A stretch of 63,944 nucleotides of DNA, the filler included, from Basidiobolus ranarum (lineage: Eukaryota): the NCBI GenBank assembly GCA_040143965.1. It is 3 parts of 3 records of this genome, joined end to end, with 100 filler letters (N's around TTAATTAATTAA, not from the genome) between each part and the next. Parts side by side here need not be neighbours in the genome. Positions count along the whole stretch, not along the records: positions 22,202 to 44,278 come from JASJQH010000193.1; positions 44,379 to 63,944 come from JASJQH010000246.1; 1 more part is not named here. One strand, given 5' to 3'. A program made the position numbers and the translations under genes. The notes under the pieces are model-generated. The model ran no database searches, had not been told where the DNA came from, and saw only the letters and a program-made list of their open reading frames with translations. Positions 39,924 through 53,240 of the stretch are shown piece after piece; position 1 is the first letter of the stretch; every line of letters starts with the position of its first letter.

Positions 39924-42900
39924 TTAAAAGAATCCGGGGAAGAAAGGAATAAGACGCTCAGTCTGCTAACATAATCGCAATATGTGAGAAAATACTGTCT
40001 ATGTATGATTGGTAATCCAATTCAGATAAGCACTTACATTTTGAAATTTGTTAATGGTATTGATTAATTCATTGAATCGAAGAGGCTTGGTAACATATTC
40101 GTCCATGCCAGAGGCAATACACTTCTCTCGATCCCCAATCATAGCGTGGGCTGTTAAGGCGATAATCGGAATGTGAATCCCAGTAGCACACTCAAGTTCA
40201 CGAATTCGCGCTGTAGCTTCAAAGCCACCCATAATGGGCATTTGAACATCCATGAGAATAAGGTCAAACTTCTGTTTCTCAATTGCCTCCACGGCAAGTA
40301 AGCCATTGGAAACGATAACTACTTCATGGCCATGCTTCTCTAGTATCCTGACTGCAAGTTTCTGGTTGACGATATTGTCTTCGGCGAGGAGAATCTTCAG
40401 TTTTTTCCCAGAGACTTCTGTGGTCATGGCTATATGGGATTCCAGAGCTGGCATCAGTGCACTAGTTAAATCATAGAGAGAAACGGGTACATTCATATAG
40501 GAAGTTATCAGCATATCAATGCAATCCTTCATCTTAAGCTTCATAGGCATTGTAATGGCAATTAGCACTACTGGAACGTAGCGAAGGCAGGCGTGTTGTC
40601 GAACCTTCTCCACCTCGGTTATCTCATCTACAATCATGGTATCAAACATGGGCTTATCTCCAGGCTTCATGTTACCACACAACATCACCGCATCTTCTAC
40701 TGATTGAGCAAGTACCGGTCGAATTCCTAGCTGTTTCAGTAGTTTCATTGACTGTGGACCCGCAGGGTGACCGTGTGTGCTTAATACCAAAATGTTACGA
40801 TTATGGAATGTAGCTAGACGAGAGTCAAATTGCTCTTGTGGTATAGTACTTAGCCTAAATTCTGCCGTGAAATAAAAGTCACTGCCATTGCCATAGACAC
40901 TATTGACCCAGAGATCTCCGCCCATTAGATGGACCAATTTCTTCGATATGGAAAGCCCAAGCCCAGTACCTCCATATTTACGTGTTGTAGAGCCATCAGC
41001 TTGCGAAAAAGTGTCAAAGATCAGGTTGAATTTGTCATTTTGGATACCAATACCAGTATCACTGACACAAAATGTCAAAATTACTTTCGTTTCAGTTATC
41101 TCCTTAACTGACGCACGTAGAGCAACTTGACCTTCTGTGGTAAACTTGATGGCGTTACCCACTAGATTGGTGATGACCTGACGTAGGCGAAGGGGGTCCC
41201 CAGTTAGCTGGTCAGGTATGTCATTGTCAACATCATAAATCAAATCCAATTTGCGCTGTGCAGCCTTTACAGCCAGAGTTTTCAACACTCCAAAGACGGC
41301 TGTTCTTAGAGAGAAAGGGATTTCTTCAATGATAAGTTTTCCAGCTTCAATCTTGGAAATATCCAGTATATCATCAATAATGGTCAGAAGTGAGTTAGCC
41401 AGTTGACTGACAATCATTAGATTTTCTCTTTGCTGTCGTGTAAGATCCGTCTCTAGAGTCAAAGATGTCATTCCGATGATTCCGTTCATAGGTGTTCGGA
41501 TTTCATGTGACATATTGGCTAAAAACTCACTCTTTGCGCGATTCGCCAACTCAGCGGTTTCTCTAGCAGCAACATTACGTTGTATACTTTCACGCAAATT
41601 GTATATCATTTGATTGATTTTGGTTTTGAGAGAATCCATTTCACCTGATGCTTCCACCGTGATATATCGGGTGAAGTCTCCATCCGTAGCAGCAGCGGAT
41701 ATTTGAGCAAATGCTCTGACTTGAGTGGTTAAATTAGCAGCCATAGTATTCACATTACTGGTGATCTCTTGCCAGATACCTTCGACATCTTTCACTTGGG
41801 CTTGTACACCAAGTTTACCTTCAGTACCAACCTCTCGAGCAACTCTGGTAACTTCGGCAGCAAATGTGCTAAGTTGATCAACCATAGTGTTAATTGTTTT
41901 TTTCAGATCAAGAACCTCGCCATTAACATCAACTGTGATTTTCTTTGATAAGTCACCACAGGCGACAGCTTTACATACGTGAGCAATATCACGTACTTGA
42001 CCAGTTAGATTGAAGGCCATCAGGTTCACATTATCAGTGAGATCTTTCCAAGTTCCACCAACGTCTTTAACAACGGCCTGACCGCCAAGGATTCCTTCAG
42101 TACCGACATCACGAGCTACTCGAATGACTTCTGCAGCAAAGATACGAAGTTGATCTACCATGGAGTTCACCGTATTCTTTAATTCCAAGATCTCCCCTTT
42201 CACATCGACGGTGACTTTCTTCGATAAATCACCCTGAGCAACGGCCGTAGTGACAGCGGCAATGGACCGAACTTGACCAGTCAAATTGGCAGCCATAATA
42301 TTAACATTATCAGTAAGAGATTTCCAGGTTCCACCAACATCCTTCACAACAGCTTGGCCTCCAAGTTTACCCTCAGTACCCACCTCTAAAGCTACGCGAG
42401 TAACTTCAGTAGCAAACGTTTGAAGTTGATCTACCATAGTGTTTATAGTTTTTTTCAAATCCAACATTTCTCCCTTGACGTCGACTTTGATTTTACGAGA
42501 AAGGTCTCCTTTAGCGACTGCTTTGCTGACATTGGCAATATCACGAACCTGATTCGTAAGATTGTCAGCCATGGTGTTAACATTATCAGTTAGTTCTTTC
42601 CATGTTCCTCCAACGTCTCTAACAACCGCCTGACCACCAAGTTTACCTTCTGTACCGACTTCACGAGCTACACGCGTGACCTCGGCAGCAAAAGTTCTCA
42701 ATTGATCTACCATAGAGTTAACGGTGGTTTTAAGCTCGTAGATTTCGCCTTTAACATCCACCGTGATTTTCTTTGATAGGTCTCCGCAAGCAACCGCCGT
42801 TGTTACTTCCGCGATGGATCTCACTTGTCCCGTGAGGTTGGCAGCCATAATATTGACGTTATCGGTTAAATCCTTCCAAGTACCCGCAACATCCTTCACT

Positions 42901-44278
42901 ATCGCTTGACCACCAAGTTTGCCTTCAGTGCCCACCTCAAGAGAAACACGAGTAACCTCAGTAGCAAAAGTCTGCAATTGGTCAACCATAGTATTGATGG
43001 TATTTTTGAGATCTAAAATTTCTCCTTTAACATCTACAGTAACCTTCTTAGAGAGATCTCCACGTGCAATCGCTTTACTGACGATGGCAATATCACGTAC
43101 TTGAGCGGTAAGATTAGATGCCATTAAATTGACATTATCCGTAAGGTCTTTCCAAGTACCATCTACATCCTTGACAACAGCCTGTCCACCAAGTTTGCCC
43201 TCTGTTCCAACTTCACGAGCAACTCTTGTAACCTCGGCTGCAAATGTACGGAGTTGATCAACCATGGTGTTAATGGTAACCTTCAACTCAAGGATCTCTC
43301 CTTTCACATCCACTGTCACTTTCTTGGATAAATCTCCCCGAGCGATGGCTTTACTAACAATCGCAATATCTCTAACTTGACCAGTCAAATTGAAAGCCAT
43401 TAGGTTGACATTTTCTGTCAAGTCTTTCCAGGTACCGCCAACATCTTTAACTATAGCTTGTCCTCCGAGTTTACCTTCTGTACCTACTTCGCGAGCAACA
43501 CGAGTAACTTCAGAGGCAAATGTACTCAACTGATCGACCATTGTGTTGATAGTTTCTTTGAGTTCATTAATCTCACCCTTAACATCAACTGTAACCTTTC
43601 TAGAAAGATCTCCCCTAGCCACAGCTTTGCTAACAAAAGCAATGTCTCTTACTTGGTTAGTAAGATTTGAAGCCATGAGGTTGACATTATCAGTAAGATC
43701 CTTCCAAGTACCACCAACATCCTTAACTACGGCTTGGCCTCCAAGTTTACCTTGAGTTCCTACCTCTCGTGCAACACGAGTGACTTCGGATGCAAAAGTC
43801 TGAAGTTGGTCCACCATTGTGTTAATGGTATTTTTCAGCTCCAGAATCTCGCCCTTAACATCCACTGTAACTTTCTTCGAAAGATCACCTCGAGCAACTG
43901 CTTTACTGACATTTGCAATATCGCGCACTTGACCGGTGAGGTTGAAGGCCATCAAGTTGACATTATCCGTCAAATCTTTCCAGGTACCGCCAACATCTTT
44001 GACTACAGCTTGGCCACCGAGTTTGCCTTCGGTGCCTACTTCGCGAGCTACTCGAGTAACTTCAGATGCGAAAGTTTGAAGTTGATCCACCATCGTATTG
44101 ATAGTATTTTTCAACTCCAAAATTTCCCCTTTAACGTTTACTGTAACTTTCTTCGAAAGATCACCTCGAGCGACAGCCTTACTGACATTGGCAATATCAC
44201 GCACTTGACCTGTAAGATTAAATGCCATCAGATTGACGTTGTCTGTTAAGTCTTTCCAAGTGCCACCAACGTCTTTCA
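39924..44278 (-). CDS. NIK1: Group III hybrid histidine kinase (Nik1/Os-1), 5'-truncated by gap
   Basis: At least 9 full 92-aa HAMP repeats, [17 protein letters not shown]1/F/G2 boxes, receiver LAEDN...LMDVQMP; probable final intron after KFQN and short last exon. Confidence 0.96.
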
Positions 44279-44378
44279 NNNNNNNNNNNNNNNNNNNNNN
44301 NNNNNNNNNNNNNNNNNNNNNNTTAATTAATTAANNNNNNNNNNNNNNNNNNNNNNNNNNNNNNNNNNNNNNNNNNNN
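44279..44378. other. Assembly spacer: 44 N + TTAATTAATTAA + 44 N
   Basis: Same linker as 22102-22201. Confidence 0.97.
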
Positions 44379-44894
44379 GAGGTTTTGATCATCATAGTAG
44401 TAACACTCAGTATGCATTGCATTGAAAACTAATTGTTAGAAGATTCTTATTCAGTTGAGTTTCATCAATAGTGGCCTAGAAAATTAAATTAAGAGATACG
44501 ATACCAAACTATCCATAAAGTTGCGTCAGTGAATAAGAACAATATTCATCCACAATGATATTGGAATGAACATAGCAGAGGAGATATAGGGCCACCTCCA
44601 TCCAGACGTCTTTTCGTTATTTGTACAAGTGTTAAGTAATAATCATCAACATGTTGTTTGGTGTCTACATAATTCATGTGTACCACTCAAGTAACTTAAG
44701 CTAATTTTTACTGTATGTATGTATTGCAATGACCAGAGTGGAGTAGGGGCTTTTAAAGCTATCCAAATCCAGTCAAGATTTATTACATGCTCTGAGCACA
44801 ATTTCATACCTTCCTACAAGACCCAATGCTGCAGACATCAATGAATATTGCTAAGGCTCAGCAGCCTGTCTACTCTTGGATATCTTGTGTGCAC

Positions 44895-45223
44895 TGTTGA
44901 AATTAGCATTGCCTAAACACCTATATAGTTATATATAGCATAGTATTTAGTTATCTTATATTGAACTAAGATATTACCCACTATTCAATATCGGAATATA
45001 CTTAGAAGTTCCCAGATATATAGATTTTTCAAACCTGTGCTAGAAGCCCCAAACTTTGCACACATGTTTCCGGGACCTTTCTTAGCGCATTCTATATGTT
45101 AGTTTGTTCACGCCCGGACAAAAGTATAAATGTCAACTTTCTACTCAATAAATCAATGAGTGAAAACCACCAATTTCTCTAATTCTCCAAACCACTTCCA
45201 ACAGGCTCCCAAATACTTTAACA
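44895..45223 (-). repeat. Dispersed repeat family A, copy 2
   Basis: Reverse complement of 22857-23184 with scattered substitutions. Confidence 0.9.
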
Positions 45224-46170
45224 TGCACTGCTCAAATCTTAGTACTGCATTAATTTTTGAGTGATACCTCAAGCATTGCAATACAAAATAGAGCTAAATA
45301 ATTCTAGCACATATTACTCGAACGGTTCTTGCAAAAAATACCAGCAGAGGTGTCAGTAAAAAGTGACATGTTTCAAATAATAAGATAACTATTCAAAAGT
45401 TGAAATTTATTATGGTTATCTTTATATATTTAACTATTTCTTTTATCTCATCCAAGTTCTTAACAGTTGATTACCGAAATATCACGAATTAGCAGAGTTG
45501 AACTTGAAGCTTCAAAATTATCAAATTAACCCCATGGTGGCTCATTGTACTCCCACAGATATTCTGAGACATCTGTTTACCATAGCCAAGAGCATCAAAG
45601 GACGATCACACGCCAGAAAAAACGATCTTTTTCCAGACACTTATTGGGCTCTCTTCAGCGTTGTTAAATCAACATATATATTAAAGTGAAACTCGACCAA
45701 ATTTATTATCAAATCAGATGACTCCACTTGTTGGACTTCAACACTTACTATCAATTCATGTGGAAGTGTTCGTTTAACAATAATGCATGCATAAGTTTAA
45801 CTCGTTGATATGGAGCGAAGCCAAATTGTATTACTACAGCCAGTTTCATGTTTACTCCAATTGGGCACAACAACAAGTTTACGATCACATATAACTCTTC
45901 GACGTGAACTCATGTCTAACATACAGCTCTCAATCTCAAGTAGGTAACAGAAAACGACTTTTCCCCACAGAGCAGGAATTTTTGTACAATATCTCACACG
46001 AAAAAGAATACTAGAACCTCAATTCTGCTCACGCCATGATATCTAAATAATTTACAATGACAGGCCAAGTGCTATAAAAATGAGACTTTTCAAGCATGAT
46101 ATAGTATCTGCCTACAGCATCTGCTACTCATCCTTTTGCTCAGAGAAGTTTTCGAAATTTACTTGATATC

Positions 46171-46539
46171 ATGGCTGCAACATTTTCCATCGTCAATTCT
46201 AAGGCACCATTACAGGTCTTGCTAAAATGCCGTAGCATTTCATCCCAGGCTAAAGCAAACATGCCATATGTGCAAGAGTGCTTAAATTCTAAAGAAGACT
46301 TTGCTTTTGTGAGGGAAACTAACCGTTCTGTGGCTCAAGATACATCCAGCAAACTTGGTGGTCTATATGGTTCTATGAATGCACAGTCTCAACGATTTGC
46401 AACTTCATCAAGCTCCTTGGAGTATTCCCAGCACCTGGCAAAAGACAAAAATAATTGTAAACTTTCCAATGTAGCGTTGGAGGCAATTAGAGTATTCCAA
46501 AAGCAAACTGTTAATATTTACGGGCAAACAGATGTTTAG
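46171..46539 (+). CDS. Hypothetical 122-aa protein
   Basis: ATG-initiated ORF with TATAAAAA about 100 nt upstream and AATAAA about 60-80 nt downstream; no family recognised. Confidence 0.45.
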   Translation: MAATFSIVNSKAPLQVLLKCRSISSQAKANMPYVQECLNSKEDFAFVRETNRSVAQDTSSKLGGLYGSMNAQSQRFATSSSSLEYSQHLAKDKNNCKLSNVALEAIRVFQKQTVNIYGQTDV

Positions 46540-47961
46540 CTTGCCACTGGGACGACTATCTAAATCCACTTCTCAGTATTTTGTTGGAATAATATTAATA
46601 AATTAGTAACTCACTTTTAATAAATTCTAATTAAAGACTCGTTCGTTGCATTCTCATAGAAAAATGTGAAAATTAATAACATTCATCTAGCCTGAGCTTG
46701 CAGCTCCACAACCTAAAGATAATCTAACTCTAACCGTTAGTTAAGTAGCCTTTATCCACTGGACACGTGTATTGAAATAGTACATGGGGTTGGGGCTAAC
46801 TGTCTATCAATAATATACATCCAGCCCAGCTGCTACTAACATAAGTAAACAAATGATGGAGAAATTACAACCGAGAGTACCTTAGCAGTTGCTATCAAGT
46901 TAATATTGCTAATCGGTTATTGGTAACAATAGGTGGTAGATATACCAAAAAAAGAAATTTCTACCGGTCAGAATCCTATCTGGTTGGGTAGTTACACTGA
47001 CCCAGAAGTCCAACTTAGAGTTAGTTACTCTAATGGGAGCGGGAATGATCAGATGGTAACTGGTTGCATTGCACAAAATGCACAGAATAATTAAATTGTA
47101 AAGTGTGAAACCATATGTTGTCTCAGTAACGCATGATGGTCATCCACATTTCCTGCTCGCAACATTCATAGTAGCGTATTGTAGTCATCTAAATAGCACG
47201 GTTACTGGTGACTCCAACTCATGAATTAATAAACAGGTTAAAGAATAATGGCTTGTATTGGTCTAGAAGTTTGGTTGATGCATAGTAACCAACCACATCA
47301 GTCGATTAAGGCACGTATCATACTAAGTTACCTATTCTTATCGCCATCCGTATCGTAGCATCAGAGATTCCATACTGAACTCACACAGTATGTTTTAAAC
47401 CATCACATCTATACTCCACGAGAGAGTTTCTAAGTGGATAGATATTGATGACATCTCCTACTAATTCAATTACCGAATAACCAACATAACCGAAGAATCA
47501 TATTCCGCTTGCTAAGATTTGTTTAGAGTTTCATAGCATATATTCCGCTTTTATGGCATTTTGTACTTTTTAATTTGTGCTACAAAAATCGTACAAGAAG
47601 AGATATAAGTAGGTTAGGAAATGATGGCACTCTTTGCTCAGAATCAATGCCAATTCTAGGAATGTTTACTATTCGTCGGTCGAGGGTTGTGTAGAGATTT
47701 GGCAACACATACTGCTTCTGTAAGCCCAAGAAAACTTTCCATTCCCTTTGTTAATCTATACATATTATTAAGCACACGTGTTTGCTGGATCTTCCATTTA
47801 AGATCATAGTGTGTTTCACTAAAGTAACAGCAGAGATGACAAGAATAATTTGAGGACTTATTGTTTACCATGCGCTTCTTACTATTTTGGGTAATAGTTC
47901 TGTATTGCTACCGAGGCTCTTCTTGTGCTCTATTCGTGTGACGGTCTCTTGCTTTATATTC

Positions 47962-48174
47962 ACATTCGCCTGCTATAGATATTGATCGTCTAGTCAGACT
48001 TATACTGGCTTCTGTGTTCCATCAGGTTTGTTACCTGATTTTAACTTAATCGAAAAATCGACTCATCTAGTATGAATCGTAAACCTCTGATCATGAGTGG
48101 CGCGCAAGATGTGGTGCATCCAGTTATCCGGATGCTACCCCACTGTTGCTAGCCATTTTCTTAATCAGGTTGCA
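47962..48174 (+). repeat. Dispersed repeat family B, copy 1
   Basis: Aligns directly with 54285-54500 (ggtttgttacctg.ttttaact.aatcgaaa.atcgactcatc.agtat.aatcgtaa.cctctgatcatgagtgg). Confidence 0.88.
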
Positions 48175-48466
48175 TATTACCCAATCACTAGTAGTACTAA
48201 TATTGTTATCACTGCTTAGCGTAGTTATGTTAATTGGATCTACAACTTTCAAACATTTAAAGACTTAGTTTATATGGCACATGCTCAAGTTTCAGAACAA
48301 TTAATTTTGATAACTATTGGCTGATCGATCACTCCATGATATACCGATTGTTAGATTTATCTAACAAGATTTGAGTTATGGTATACTGCTTAATATCTCA
48401 TGAATCATTTCCTGGTTTAATTAATAACATTTATGAATGCTTCTTGTAATATGTCTATATGAAAGA

Positions 48467-49495
48467 TTAATGTTCGAACTGCTCCTCGGTAGCTCCTGAA
48501 CCCATTGCTCCAGTAGATGCGACACCACTGCACACCATATTGACCATCTCATCGTAGTAATAGGCACCAGACCATTTTTGATGTTGAAGGGTCTCCACCG
48601 AAAATTCCCTCGACATAAGCTAACATACCTCGCTTTGCAAAATCACGTGCAAATAAGTCAATACTCAAAGAGTTGCAATGGAATCCTGCCAGCGTGATAA
48701 ATTGCCAACAATATTCCAAGTAGCCTAGATCCCGGATGAAGTTACCCATCTCCTCGTCGCTCATTCCAATAGCATCCCAATTGAATGAAGGAGATAAATT
48801 ACAAGTCGGCTTCGCTATATATATATATATATACTATACTTCCGTGCAGTCCTTCAGCAAAAGTTTTCGCCTCCTCCATAATGGGGCTTTTACTCTCCAT
48901 CCACAACAAGTCAGCATGTGGAGCATAAGCAATGGCACGAGCAATACAACACTTAATACCTCCCTCATAACGATAATACCCTTCGGTGGTACGTGGCTTC
49001 TCCCAGTCGAAGTTAACTGTGACTCCTATGAAAGTGGCAAGTTTTTTAGCTTCTGAAATACTGATGGTATCAATTTTCTCATTCCAACTCTTCACTAAAT
49101 CCTCTTTGTTTGACAAATTCGAGGTTTCGATGGCATTTACCACGGTGTCCGAATAAGTCCGAAGATTGGCATCACTTACCCACTGAGCTTCGAGCTTTGA
49201 TAGATCTGCAAGATCTATACCATCTTCTATGGCTTCCTCCAACACTTCAACTAACGGAAGAAGAGATTCATTGGTGGTACCAAGTATAAATGGATAGTCA
49301 CGCCTATCAATGGTACTAGTAATCAAAGTTGCCGCTTCTGTATCAGTTCTGGCGACAATCAAATTTTCTACTCCCATGATGTCAAATTGAGCTCTGGCTG
49401 CAATAAGTCTTCTGGTATGTTCACTTATTGGAACCAGAACCTTTCCTGCCATATGTCCACATCTCTTAGTACCAGGGGCCTGATCTTCAACCCTC
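48467..49495 (-). pseudogene. ICL1: Isocitrate lyase 3'-half pseudogene
   Basis: [60 protein letters not shown]-terminal half absent, frameshift at a (TA)n tract, deletion near the C-terminus. Confidence 0.9.
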
Positions 49496-50555
49496 TGACT
49501 ATTGGGTAGTGTTTGCACATTTCATCCAATATATGTAACATGATGGGTCTATAAGAGTTCGAATTGATGCTAGTACTCTTGACATCCAACGCGAGATGAG
49601 CTATTCGAGCCCTTAGTCTCCAACTATTGGATTATATTTGTACATGCCCTATAACAATGTAACATGCTGCAGCTACAGGAGTTTGGAATTATCCGATGCT
49701 AAAATTTATTGAGTTGAGGTATTGTAGTGCAAGTAGATATAAATCTTAAGATAAATGGAAGAAATTTTCGGAGATGGGAAAATATTGTTGAAGTCAACAT
49801 ATATGTTTGGAATAAAAATGATTGTAGTGACAGTAAAATAGCAGTGACGTAGAACTTACTAACTACCACTTCTCACCAAATATTTCAGATTTGATTGAAG
49901 GGATTGAGGTGGTGCAAAAGCTGCTATTTGGAATTTAAATCCACAAATTCCAAAGATTGTCATAAGACAAGCGATTGTTTCACCTTGATTGGATTCTCTT
50001 CCCCATTGGCCCACTGTAATACCCTGGCTTGCCAAGTTCTAATCTTGCACACATATCTATCTATCCCACTCACAAAGAAAACACGTGCTTGTTGCACGAG
50101 GGTCGAAATATCTTTCTGGGTATTTGTATAGTGTAGTGACAAACTCGTACAATCCACATGCAAAGAAGCCAATTGCAGCTTTACATCAATGTACTACTTT
50201 CCAGGAGTTCCTAGCTTGAGAGTTGATGCGGTAATAACAGTAGTTGGGGCTGAATAGAATCAAATAAACTACAACTATGGTGTAATAGTGTTCGTAGGAT
50301 ACTCTTGTTCGTATCACATATTCGAATGTAGGTGGGATAATTCTCAAGAGAATACCTACCCTAACAAAATTGGATTTCATTAGTTTTACATGAATTATCT
50401 TCCAACTCGCTTCACGTGTACTACAATCACCAAAGATTGGTCTACAACAAAAACATACTTAATGCCCACGAATGTCCAGTTATACATTACTCCTTCGCTC
50501 TTCGACAAAGTAATGCATCCTGAAAAAAATTTAAAAGCCTCGACACGGAGCCGAA

Positions 50556-52605
50556 ATGGCTTACTACAGGTACTACCAATTTCGCACATTCTTTTGGTAT
50601 TAACAGCATTAATACTCAAGCACTTTATTAGTTCCTCATAGAAAATAAGAAGAGATTCTTCGAGGATTGGGTGATTACGCCACTTGTTGTAGCAACGCTA
50701 CTCGCTTTTGTCTGGATTATGAATACAATAATCTCCATGACATCTCTGGTTTTTCCTGCTAGTGTAAATCGAATTTTACATCTTCACTCTTAGCCGGCCA
50801 ATACTAATAGGTTCATAATAGGTGGCTTGCATGTTGTTGACATTTATCATGTTAATCTTATTAGACTGGCTACTTCCTAACGTTGCTGCCAAAATAATAG
50901 AGGCATTATCCCCTGGAGTGCAATTCCTGCTAAAATGGATAAACATTCTATTCAGCCCAGCTTTTATTCTGATTCCAATGAGTCCATCTATCCAACTGAG
51001 TGAAGTCGGAAAAATTGCTGCCGTATTTGGTAAGTAACAATATTTTTATTACCTTGCCTTGACATGCAATATTTAGACGATAGAATATATTCGATGAAAT
51101 ATTCAAATAGTGGAATATCTAGTAACATAATTCGTGATACTTTTCTAGTCATAGGATTTGTCATATCAATGGCCTTCTCCAGTATCTTAGTCAGAGTATT
51201 GCAATACTGTAATCCTTTGCGATGGTTCTACGGAAAATCAGCCAGCGAAAATCAAGTAGCTGAAAAAAGTCACGTGGATAATGCCGTACATATAAACGTC
51301 TTAAACGAAAAAGAAACTGACTGGGAAAATGTTGAAGCGAAATCTACTTCCTCAATCGGCACCATAATAGATACAAATACACTAACGAACCCTACAAAGC
51401 TAGTGACATTTTTGGAGAGTAATGTCAATATATGTATATACGCTCTTCTGCTTGTGCCTACTGCTGTGATTTACATAGCCATAGACATGTCTCTTCCCAT
51501 TTTCTTAGTATTCAATGTATTATGCTTTCAGCTTGCCTTATTAGTTCCACCTCGGATACGTAAAGTTTTGCACCCCATTCTGATATGTGCAGCTTTGATG
51601 ATCTTAATAGTGTACCTTATATCTCTCGCCAAAGGCATGTCGTTAGCTGAAGGTAAGAGGAGTTAGGTATATTTTACTCTAAAATCTCTGTTCTAACTCA
51701 TTTTGCGCTAGGTTTGACTAGCTATTCCTCTGGAACACGTTTTTTGGCTCTGTCAAAATTGGGCCGACGGGAAACACTCCCGGCGCCAGGAGCTGGAGAT
51801 GTACTCTACTCTATGTTAGATGCTAGTATTGTTGCGTTATCGTTCAACATGTTTAAATTTAGAAAAGAAATTCGCGAATACGTAAGTTTGATTAATATTC
51901 CTTTTGGCAACAGTTGAACTAATTTCAATATCAATTCCATAGATGTTCGAGATGTTGCTAGTTATCCCAATCCTTTCAGTTATGACGATTTTTCTATATC
52001 CTATAATTTGTCGCGCCATTGGAATAAGTATTGAACATTCGCTAGCTTTTGCTGGAAGGTACCTATTTGCTTAAATTGACTACTCGAACCCGGATTCTAT
52101 CTAAACACTAACTCTAATCTTGTTTTACCAAGATCAATCACTACTCCCTTAGCTATTAGTTTGATTACTACCATTGGCGGGGATGTTACACTCGGTGTAA
52201 TCTTGGTCGTATTGACTGGTATTTCAGGCGCACTAGTTGGAAATTGGATTCTTAGTATGATGAGAGTGCATGATGGTAATACTTCTATTGAAATGGTTTA
52301 ATTCGATTCGCTCTAACTGTTACTATCTTTCAATCAATTGGGCATACCATTAGACGATTATCTTACAATTGGTGTTTCAATGGGTTGTAATTCTCATGCT
52401 ATAGCTACAGGTAGTTCTCTTATATGAGTGAAGTTACTATAAGCATAATCTAACAGTACTTCTTCCCAAAGCTCACTTACTAGACGTCAATCCAGCCGCA
52501 TCAGCAATCGCTAGTGCTAGCTTTGTTCTATATGGATCCTTCTCCGTTATCGTCAGTGCAATCCCTGCGATAATTAGTGCCATACGTTCGTTAATAACCA
52601 ATTAA
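50556..52605 (+). CDS. LrgA-LrgB fusion transporter (PLGG1-like), multi-exon
   Basis: FPASVACM, WINILFSPAFI, GAGDVLYSMLDASIVALS, RSITTPLAI, MGCNSHAIATA; start codon uncertain. Confidence 0.85.
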
Positions 52606-53059
52606 CTTGAAATGTTTCTGTTCAATAAATCTTTGTGTTTGTGGTTTTTACCATTTAATTCCGTAGTACGGATGCTTTCCGCTTACTCTAAAACTTCTGG
52701 TCTTTATACATGATATGTCCTCCATATGGAGACTGCGACAATAAATGTAGAAAAGTGATGTCAGACATCGCTTCCTTCCTAAAAAGATGTAGTGCTTGAG
52801 GCAAATGTAGTACAAATGCTACTACCAGAGCTACTAGTTTTGGAAACCAAAATGCAAGAGAATCTGCAGCCAAGAGAGATATAATACACACAATGTAACT
52901 ATAAGATTTGCTTAGCTAAATGCATTACTATTGCATCAAATCTATTTAATTCAGCTGATCAATGCGGCGGATTTCAATTAGGAGAGTTTCATGCTTTCTA
53001 TGAGTCAAGTTAGTAGGGTTAACTTTTGATAGAGTTGCTTGACAATACTTGTCGAATCC

Positions 53060-53240
53060 AGTACTTCCCCGGATCTACACGCCCTTGATTGTAGCCATTG
53101 CATCATAAGTACCTGGATATCATACTGGCCAGTAGCAAGTATCCTAGAAGAGTGTCGATGTACGAATGACAGCCATTTGCCCGGATATAGTAGCATCCGA
53201 TTATCGTGGTACACATAGTGTTCTATTCACTATTAAATCC
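53060..53240 (-). mobile_element. Possible highly degraded Ty3/Gypsy pol relic
   Basis: Across frames: LCVP, ATISGQMAVIRT, CYWP, reminiscent of the integrase zinc-binding region; very weak. Confidence 0.25.

Noticed and set aside
43734-44249. Antisense ORFs over the kinase and other genes (also 20432-20737, 29911-30210, 4023-4322)
   Set aside because: Shadow ORFs of real coding strands.
41700-44278. 276-bp periodic repeats as a CRISPR-like or satellite array
   Set aside because: Fully explained by in-frame HAMP coding repeats with synonymous divergence.
1231-44278. Signalling gene cluster (velvet, arrestin, G-alpha, GPCR, histidine kinase)
   Set aside because: Common large families interspersed with unrelated genes and separated by an artificial gap.
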